A DNA stretch of 64,000 bases, from positions 39,295-103,294 of the forward strand of contig JARGNG010000016.1 of NCBI GenBank assembly GCA_029213265.1. Reading direction: 5' to 3'. A model generated the notes under the pieces. The model had not been told where the DNA came from and did no database searches. It was given only the letters and a program-made list of their open reading frames with translations. Both the position numbers and the translations under genes were made by a program. Positions 40,749-47,081 of this stretch are shown here, piece by piece (position 1 is the stretch's first letter; the number at the start of each line of letters is the position of its first letter). The stretch comes from Verrucomicrobiales bacterium. Lineage in GTDB: Bacteria > Verrucomicrobiota > Verrucomicrobiia > Verrucomicrobiales > DEV007.

Positions 40749-40822
40749 ACCAGTCTAGCTGAGACAGATTAGCGTGTCGTTGAAGGCGATGAGAGGTCGG
40801 TGCAATTCCGACGGCTGGTGCC
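40749..40822 (+). tRNA. tRNA-Phe(GAA)-like, non-canonical T-loop
   Basis: Acceptor ACCAGTC/GGCTGGT; D stem GCTG/TAGC; loop TT-GAA-GG; T arm GTCGG-TGCAATT-CCGAC; 3' G-CC. Confidence 0.65.
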
Positions 40823-40832
40823 TTTGAGCGAT

Positions 40833-40964
40833 ATCCCCGTGGTGTAAGAGAAGCATAACGTTCTGCGCGCCGTGCGTAACGAGACTGATTGCTCTCTGAG
40901 CAACCCGAAGGGCAGCATTGCAGTCAAGGTGTCGGATCAGGTGCAAATCCTGGCATGGATACCA
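40833..40964 (+). tRNA. tRNA-like gene with a 58-nt structured insertion in the anticodon loop
   Basis: Acceptor ATCCCCG/CATGGAT (2 mismatches), A73-CCA; D arm GTGT/GCAT; AC stem ACGTT/GGTGT around a 65-nt loop CT...AA; T arm TCAGG-TGCAAAT-CCTGG. Confidence 0.55.
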
Positions 40965-40971
40965 TCTCAAT

Positions 40972-41046
40972 TCCTCTGAAGCATTTACAGTGATGCACCG
41001 GCCTTTTAATCCGGTGAAGAAGGGGCAGTACCTTCCGGGGGAACCA
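40972..41046 (+). tRNA. tRNA-Lys(TTT)-like, non-canonical T-loop
   Basis: Acceptor TCCTCTG/CGGGGGA, A73-CCA; D stem GCAT/ATGC; loop CT-TTT-AA; T arm GAAGG-GGCAGTA-CCTTC. Confidence 0.7.
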
Positions 41047-41179
41047 ATTTTCAGGACCTGAAGAAATACGGCGGACTCGTCGCGTAGGCAATTTGCGCGG
41101 CCCGCTTAGAAAGTCGATTTCAGGCATTCAACACTCAACTTTGAACGTGCATCTCTGAACGGTGCACGTTCTCCAGATC

Positions 41180-41254
41180 CCAGTCGTGGTGTAATCAGCA
41201 GCATTCTACCCTGTGAAGGTAGCGGAGCGGGTGCAAATCCCGTCGACCGGACCA
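41180..41254 (+). tRNA. tRNA-His(GTG)-like, lacking G-1/C73
   Basis: Acceptor CCAGTCG/CGACCGG, A73-CCA; CTACC-CT-GTG-AA-GGTAG; T arm GCGGG-TGCAAAT-CCCGT. Confidence 0.72.
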
Positions 41255-41302
41255 TCTTACAAACTCTTTTCCAGAAGGGAGGCATAGAGTTCCTTCGTCC
41301 TC

Positions 41303-41325
41303 ATAACGGTCTTAAGGTAGCGAAA
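41303..41325 (+). other. 23-nt 23S rRNA-like segment (E. coli 1916-1938, one mismatch)
   Basis: ATAACGGTCTTAAGGTAGCGAAA versus conserved ATAACGGTCCTAAGGTAGCGAAA. Confidence 0.8.
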
Positions 41326-41464
41326 ATCGAGCGGTCGATTCAGCGATCAAGCCCTCGAGACGATGAAATTTCTCGAACAGGCATTCGTGCCTTCGTTCGG
41401 GAGATCGAGTCGATTTCTTTGTAGCCATACCCTCCGGAATCCACCTTCGGATTTCGGATTGATA

Positions 41465-41519
41465 GGAAAGGAGGTGGTGGGCCGGCGCATGAGTGCCGGC
41501 CCGTTCCCTTCCTTTTTCC
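41465..41519 (+). promoter_or_regulatory. Long hairpin sequestering a 10-nt Shine-Dalgarno and an ATG
   Basis: GGAAAGGAGG...GGGCCGGC-GCATGAGT-GCCGGCCC...CCCTTCCTTTTTCC. Confidence 0.45.
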
Positions 41520-41595
41520 TCAAAAAAAACTCGTTTACAAACTGTTACGAAATTCAATTTTGAACTAAAACCAAACCAACTCATCTTATATCACC

Positions 41596-42183
41596 ATGAG
41601 CGCTTCGATCTTGCATCAGAATATCGTTCTGGTTCTCAACCGGAACTGGCAGGCGATCAATACGAGAACCCCTGCCGAAGCTTTCTGCCAAATGGCGACC
41701 GATACCGCGACTGCGCTCGATATCCAGGGCACGGACTTTATGGTCCCCACGAAGTGGAATGACTGGCAGAAGCTGGAAGTCCGCGAGGGCGATGCCAGCA
41801 TCGGGACGGCGCATGGACGAATCCGTGTTCCGACCGTAATTGTTGTCGCCAACTTTGCCAAGGTGCCGAAGAAGCGGCCTAAGTTCAATTCCCGAAATAT
41901 CTGGGAACGCGATGGCGGACGGTGCCAATACACGGGACGGAATCTTCGTCCCGGCGAAGGCAACATCGACCATGTCCTGCCGCGCTCGCGCGGCGGAGAC
42001 ACTACCTGGGAAAACTGTGTTCTTGCCGCTCGCGAGGTGAATTCGCGCAAAGCTGACAAGACTCCGGAAGAAGCGGGCTTGCGATTGCGGAAGGCCCCGA
42101 GGACTCCGCCGGAACTCCCTGTCACGATGTTGCTGCGAAACGTGCACGATATCTCTGACTGGGACCCGTTCCTTCCCGGGTAG
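41596..42183 (+). CDS. HNH endonuclease (McrA/HNH_5-like, tRNA-array type)
   Basis: VLVLNRNWQAI, RVPTVIV, NIWERDGGRCQYTG, IDHVLPRSRGGDTTWENCV, NSRKADKTPEEAG. Confidence 0.9.
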   Translation: MSASILHQNIVLVLNRNWQAINTRTPAEAFCQMATDTATALDIQGTDFMVPTKWNDWQKLEVREGDASIGTAHGRIRVPTVIVVANFAKVPKKRPKFNSRNIWERDGGRCQYTGRNLRPGEGNIDHVLPRSRGGDTTWENCVLAAREVNSRKADKTPEEAGLRLRKAPRTPPELPVTMLLRNVHDISDWDPFLPG

Positions 42184-42342
42184 GCTGTAGCCGGCCCCGG
42201 CGAGGCCGGAAGGACGTAAATGAGTTCCCTCAGCACTCCTTCCCGGCTCGAAGATCCGGGCAACGACTCTGTGCGGAAACACTTTCACTGTCGCGCGGTC
42301 TCGAAGGGCGTCCCGTAGAGATCCCGCTTCTTGGCAGGAAAA

Positions 42343-42414
42343 CACAAGGTAGCTCACTGGTAGACCCTCAGACTGATACTCTGATTGTAGCCGGTTCGAT
42401 TCCGGCCCTGGTTT
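42343..42414 (+). tRNA. Degenerate tRNA-Ile(GAT)-like (pseudo-tRNA)
   Basis: TCAGA-CT-GAT-AC-TCTGA; canonical T arm GCCGG-TTCGATT-CCGGC; mismatched acceptor and D stems; no CCA. Confidence 0.55.
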
Positions 42415-42433
42415 GGAAAACCCGAAAACAAAC

Positions 42434-42604
42434 GACCCGCTCCTTTTGCCAGCCATCAGCCGACTTTTTCGAAAGCCCGGCAGCTGCAAGGCAGCTTTGC
42501 GAATCAACTCACTCGCGCCACCCCGGAGGATTCCCGAATTCCGAGGCGTGTCGATGACAGTTCGGTTCCCGCTGTGGAGCAGTGATGGCGGAAGGCAGCG
42601 GGTC
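42434..42604 (+). ncRNA. ~170-nt structured RNA candidate closed by a long bulged terminal helix
   Basis: GACCCGCT/AGCGGGTC, CCTTTT/GGAAGG with a single bulged C, GCCATCA/TGATGGC; inner AGCTGC-AAG-GCAGCT. Confidence 0.45.
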
Positions 42605-42687
42605 CTCTCCTTCTTGAAAGAACGAACACCGTTTCCCCTCCCGCTATTCTTCCAAAATTGTATTTTTGTTAGAAATGAAAAAGAAAA

Positions 42688-43467
42688 ATGGAAACTGTAA
42701 TCACCATCGCAACCATCGTTGCGGCAATCGCCCTCTGGGCGGCTTCTGTGAAGCTGGTGAACGACTACGTCGAAACCGTAACGATCTGGGACTACCAGAC
42801 CGGGCTCCACTTCAAGAACGGGTGCTATCTCGAATCTCTTGAGGCGGGAAAGCATCGTCTCTGGGGGCGCGGACATTCCGTGATTGTCTTCGATCAACGT
42901 GCTTTCGAACTGGTGGTTCAGAGACAGGAACTGATCACGAGCGACAGCGCGACCGTGAAGCTGACCGCCGTTACCCAGTGGAAAATCGCTGATGCCCTGA
43001 AGTTTCATCTCGGAGTCGATAACGCCCACCAGGCGCTTTACACGCTGGTGCAACTGGCAATGCGTCGGGTTATCGGTGGCCTCGATCTCGATGCGGTGAT
43101 CGAACAGAAAGCGGACTTCGGGAAAACGCTTCTCAAGGAAGTGAAGGGGGACGCGTTCGAAGAACTCGGAATCGGGGTGGGCCGAATTGAAATTCGCGAT
43201 GTGATGCTGAGCGGAGAGCTGAAAAGTTCCTACGCCGGAGTGATCACAGCTCGTAAAGAGGCTCAGGCCCAGCAGGAGCGTGCTCGCGGTGACGCGGCGG
43301 CTCTGCGAACCTTCGCCAACGCGGCTCGAGTCTACGAAAACAACCCGGAGCTCTTCCGCCTGCGTTACCTCGAAACGCTGAAGGAGGCAGGGACCGGATA
43401 CGGAAAGCAGCTCATCATCGGAGTTCCTGAGGAACTGATGGGGCTGGTGAAGAAATCAAACGAATAA
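42688..43467 (+). CDS. Slipin / SPFH (Band 7) domain protein
   Basis: N-terminal TM; LEAGKHRLW, QELITSDSATVKL, IRDVMLSG, AAALRTFANAARVYENNPELFRLRYLETL. Confidence 0.88.
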   Translation: METVITIATIVAAIALWAASVKLVNDYVETVTIWDYQTGLHFKNGCYLESLEAGKHRLWGRGHSVIVFDQRAFELVVQRQELITSDSATVKLTAVTQWKIADALKFHLGVDNAHQALYTLVQLAMRRVIGGLDLDAVIEQKADFGKTLLKEVKGDAFEELGIGVGRIEIRDVMLSGELKSSYAGVITARKEAQAQQERARGDAAALRTFANAARVYENNPELFRLRYLETLKEAGTGYGKQLIIGVPEELMGLVKKSNE

Positions 43468-43474
43468 CCAAAAG

Positions 43475-43502
43475 GGGGTGCGCCCACGAAAGGGCGCACC
43501 TC
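43475..43502 (+). terminator. Terminator hairpin after slipin
   Basis: GGGGTGCGCCC-ACGAAA-GGGCGCACCTC. Confidence 0.7.
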
Positions 43503-43804
43503 TTGCCTTAAACCAGACATGATAGCGAAAAACGATCCCCGGCGGGAGGCCCGTCGCAATCGTGCGTGGCTCCGAAAGGAACGGGACAAAAAGTTGCGAG
43601 GCTTAATCTTCGAGCAGCGGCGCCTCCATCGTGCGATGTGGAATGCTCCGGTCGTGCCTTTTTCCTTTGCGTCGAAAGAGGCAGATTGGCCGCCTGCCAT
43701 CTCACAAAGCAGCCGCAGGCTCCTGCAAAGATTCCCCTTCTTTCCTGCTTTCTTCCCCGGAACAACCGCCGTCGGTGAGGCAGCGGCCGGAGTCTGCCCT
43801 GAGG

Positions 43805-44809
43805 TCAATAGGATCCGACCTGCTCCTCGATATTCTTCCGGGCCCAGGCGACGCATCCGAGGACGCCGGCATCATCTTCCAGTTCAGCCGCAACGATTTC
43901 GTAGGTGCCGTGATAGGCGGGAAGGGTTCGCTCCCTTGCTGACTCGCGAACGGTGCTGACGTAGAGTTCGGGCATTGCCTCAACGAGCCCGCCACCGAGC
44001 ACGATTTTGTCGGGGGAGAGAAGGTGGACGATCGTGGCAACGCCACAGCCTAACAAGGTCGCCGCGCGAATGATAATGTTTTCGATTTCGATGTCTCCCG
44101 CTTCGACAGCAGCGGCGAGTTTTCCGCTGGTGATATTGGACATGTCCGTCCCGCAGGACTTGAGAAGATTCGGGGCCTGTCCCCGATAGGCCGCGCGGGC
44201 CGCCTCCGACGCGATTTTCAAGCGGGAGCACTCCAGCTCGAGGGTGCTTCCGTTTTCCCCGTGTCCCGAGGTTTCCGGATACAGCGGGATGTGCCCGAGT
44301 TCCATGCAGGAAAGGTTCGCTCCCTGGAGGAGGCGGCCATCGATCACGGCTCCGGCTCCGATTCCCGTTCCGGGAAAGATTCCGACAGCACACCGGGCAT
44401 CGCGCGCTGCTCCTTCGTGAAACTCCGCGTAGACGCCGGCATCGACGTCGTTGCAGATGACGACCCGGCAGTCAAATGCGTGGCCGAGATGCTCTTCAAC
44501 GTGGACATTTTCCCATCCGAGGTTGGGGGCTTCCACGAGCACGCCGGTCGTTGGATTGATCGGGCCCGGGCAGCCGACCCCGATTCCCATGACCTGGTCT
44601 GCGGTGGCACCGGCATCTTCAAGCGCTTCTTCAATGACGGTGACCATGCGGGAAAGCCCGGCCATGGAGCCCTTGTTGCCCCGCGTTTTCTGCTTGGCCC
44701 GGCCCAGCGTCTGGTAGTCGTCATTAAAGACTTTCGCGAGCATCTTGGTGCCGCCAAGGTCAAACCCTACCCAAACCTTGCCCGGATAATGTTTCTTCTT
44801 TTTGCTCAT
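43805..44809 (-). CDS. ROK family sugar kinase (glucokinase-like)
   Basis: GFDLGGTK, NDVDAG, GTGIGAG, ELGH, LGGGL. Confidence 0.9.
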   Translation of the reverse strand: MSKKKKHYPGKVWVGFDLGGTKMLAKVFNDDYQTLGRAKQKTRGNKGSMAGLSRMVTVIEEALEDAGATADQVMGIGVGCPGPINPTTGVLVEAPNLGWENVHVEEHLGHAFDCRVVICNDVDAGVYAEFHEGAARDARCAVGIFPGTGIGAGAVIDGRLLQGANLSCMELGHIPLYPETSGHGENGSTLELECSRLKIASEAARAAYRGQAPNLLKSCGTDMSNITSGKLAAAVEAGDIEIENIIIRAATLLGCGVATIVHLLSPDKIVLGGGLVEAMPELYVSTVRESARERTLPAYHGTYEIVAAELEDDAGVLGCVAWARKNIEEQVGSY

Positions 44810-45969
44810 GCAATCAGTTGCTCCGCTTTGCGCCGCGCTTCGAGGTCGGCGTCGATGATTTCTTCCAGAGTCGGTTTCAGAATGGGAGTGTGCGACTGCA
44901 TCGTTTCAGAAACCGTTTCCCAGATTTTCGGAAAGGGAATGGACTCCCGCAGGAAGGCGCTCACCGCGACTTCGTTGGCCGCGTTCATTACCGCGGGTAG
45001 CGTGCCGCCGGCTCGCCCGGCTTCTTTTGCCAATGTCAGGGCAGGGAAGTCGTCCCAGCGGGGGGCTTCGAAATCCAATCGGGCGAGTTCGGCAAAGTCC
45101 AGTGGGGGCAGCGTGTTCGGGACCCGTTCCGGGTAGGTGACCGCATACTGAATCGGGAAACACATATCCGTCGTGCTGAGCTGAGCAAGGATCGAGCTGT
45201 CGATGAATTCGACCATGCTGTGGACGATGCTCTGGGGATGAACGATCACATCTACGCGATCCATTTCGATGTCGAAGAGCCAGCGGGCTTCGATCATTTC
45301 CAATCCCTTGTTAAAGAGCGTCGCGGAATCAATTGAGATTTTCTGGCCCATTTCCCAGGTGGGATGCTTCAGTGCCTGTGCCTTCGTCACATGAGCGAGT
45401 TGTTCGGAGGGGAGTTGGCGAAATGGCCCTCCCGAAGCGGTGAGGATGAGACGGGAAACATCGCTCGGAGAACGGTCCTCGAGACACTGGAAAATCGCAT
45501 TGTGTTCCGAGTCGACCGGAAGAACGCGAACGCCCTTTTCGCGTGCCGCAGTCATGACGGCTTCTCCGGCCATGACGAGGATTTCCTTGCTTGCGACGGC
45601 AATGTCTTTCCCGGCCTCGATCGCAGCGAGGGCGGGACGAAGTCCGGCGACACCTACAATGGCGATGAGAACAAGATCCGCCTCCGGCATTGTTGCGAGC
45701 TCGATGAGGCCTTCCTCCCCTGTGTGAATAGCAACATCCGTCGATACTTGGGAAACGAGCTGATCCAACCCTGTTGGGTCGTAGAGGCAACCCTGTTTGA
45801 CGTCGAATTCCGCGATTTGTCCGGCCAGTGAATCAACACTGCGATTGGCGGCCAGTCCGACGACCTCCATGCGTTCCGGAATATCGCGAGCTACCTTTAA
45901 ACTGCTTTCGCCGATGGATCCGGTGGATCCTAACACGACTACTTTTTTGGGGCGCGGATCTTCGGACAT
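44806..45969 (-). CDS. dxr: 1-deoxy-D-xylulose-5-phosphate reductoisomerase
   Basis: LGSTGSIG, LPVDSEHNAI, HPTWEMGQKISIDSATLFNK, NAANE. Confidence 0.97.
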   Translation of the reverse strand: MSEDPRPKKVVVLGSTGSIGESSLKVARDIPERMEVVGLAANRSVDSLAGQIAEFDVKQGCLYDPTGLDQLVSQVSTDVAIHTGEEGLIELATMPEADLVLIAIVGVAGLRPALAAIEAGKDIAVASKEILVMAGEAVMTAAREKGVRVLPVDSEHNAIFQCLEDRSPSDVSRLILTASGGPFRQLPSEQLAHVTKAQALKHPTWEMGQKISIDSATLFNKGLEMIEARWLFDIEMDRVDVIVHPQSIVHSMVEFIDSSILAQLSTTDMCFPIQYAVTYPERVPNTLPPLDFAELARLDFEAPRWDDFPALTLAKEAGRAGGTLPAVMNAANEVAVSAFLRESIPFPKIWETVSETMQSHTPILKPTLEEIIDADLEARRKAEQLIA

Positions 45970-45975
45970 TGGTGA

Positions 45976-46926
45976 CTAGCTGAAGATCAGTAGGTAGATA
46001 TAAAAGAGCGGTGCGGTGAAGAGTACGGAGTCGATCAAGTCAAGAAAGCCGCCAATGCCGGGCATGAGATTGCTGCTGTCCTTCACCTCGAGGCTTCGCT
46101 TGAGAATCGATTCGGCGAGATCCCCGAGAACGGCTACGAGGGCGAGGAGCACTGCCAACACGGCCGCATGGATCGGGGTGATGATGGGAATTTGATCCCC
46201 CATCGCGAAGTAGAGGGTGAAACTTCCCGCGACCGCAAAGAAGATCGCGCCGCCAAAACCCTGCCACGTCTTTCCGGGACTGACGTGGGGGACCATCTTG
46301 TCGCGGCCGATCAATGAGCCGACAAGATAGGCTCCCATGTCGGTGAGCTTGGTCACTGCGATGAGATAAATGACGTAGAAAGGAGCCGACGGATCTCCGA
46401 CTGCGTTCGTGAGCGGCAGCATGAAGATCTTCGGCACAAAGGCAAAGAGCAGGACACAGTAGATGAAGCCGAAAATGGTCGCTGCGATCTCATCGAGAGT
46501 CTGAAATCCCTCGAGAGGAAAGCGGAGGCGTTCGAGCACGACAAGCGTCACGAGAAGGGCCACGGCGAGTCCGTCGAGATTCACCAGCCACTTCGCTTCA
46601 AACCCCCACATTGGGGCGAACAGAAAAATGATATAGGCGACGCTGACCCCGTAGGTTTGCCAGCGAAATCGCCGGAAGCCCCGTATGGGAAAGAGTCGGA
46701 AGTATTCGATCAGGGCGCCGATCGCGAGAACGGCATAGAGCACTGAGAACATCCAGCCCTGGGAATATGAGAAGGCGACAGCAACGATGGCGATCAGGAA
46801 AACCGTGCTGATAAGCCGGTTTTTGAAGGCACGGCGTTTCGCGGAACCGGCACTGTCAGCCGACGAAGCAGCAGCAGGCGGGTCGGCCGGGGATTCTGTG
46901 GAGTCGGCGGCGGGTTCTTCGGGCAT
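45976..46926 (-). CDS. cdsA: Phosphatidate cytidylyltransferase
   Basis: TDMGAY, SPGKTWQG, GDLAESILKR, KDSSNLMPGIGGFLDLIDS. Confidence 0.93.
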   Translation of the reverse strand: MPEEPAADSTESPADPPAAASSADSAGSAKRRAFKNRLISTVFLIAIVAVAFSYSQGWMFSVLYAVLAIGALIEYFRLFPIRGFRRFRWQTYGVSVAYIIFLFAPMWGFEAKWLVNLDGLAVALLVTLVVLERLRFPLEGFQTLDEIAATIFGFIYCVLLFAFVPKIFMLPLTNAVGDPSAPFYVIYLIAVTKLTDMGAYLVGSLIGRDKMVPHVSPGKTWQGFGGAIFFAVAGSFTLYFAMGDQIPIITPIHAAVLAVLLALVAVLGDLAESILKRSLEVKDSSNLMPGIGGFLDLIDSVLFTAPLFYIYLLIFS

Positions 46927-47081
46927 TACGCTCGGGTGGTGTCGCCCATGAAACAGGCAGGCCCGCTGATTGGCAATGAATAATTCACTCGATTTGTGGC
47001 CCTGTGAGAAATTTGATTCGCTACAAACCGGCACGGCGAAACAGTTGCGCAATCCGGCATGATAACCGATTACTCCCTATT

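Noticed and set aside
40933-40946. CGGATCAGGTGCAA resembles the 3' end of a pistol ribozyme construct as I recall it
   Set aside because: It is the variable loop and T arm of the tRNA-like fold; other pistol elements are absent.
41058-41112. CTGAAGA...GAAA hammerhead-like core
   Set aside because: No stem I or stem III pairing compatible with a UH cleavage site.
41303-42183. Group I intron with homing endonuclease in an rRNA gene
   Set aside because: Only 23 nt of rRNA-like sequence, no downstream exon and no recognisable P7/J8-7 core by eye.
39540-43505. Prophage or integrative element as carrier of the tRNA array
   Set aside because: No integrase, phage gene or flanking direct repeat seen; neighbours are housekeeping genes.
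43508-43959. Small ORFs between slipin and the ROK gene
   Set aside because: Overlapping candidates on both strands with no motif or clear start; none supportable.
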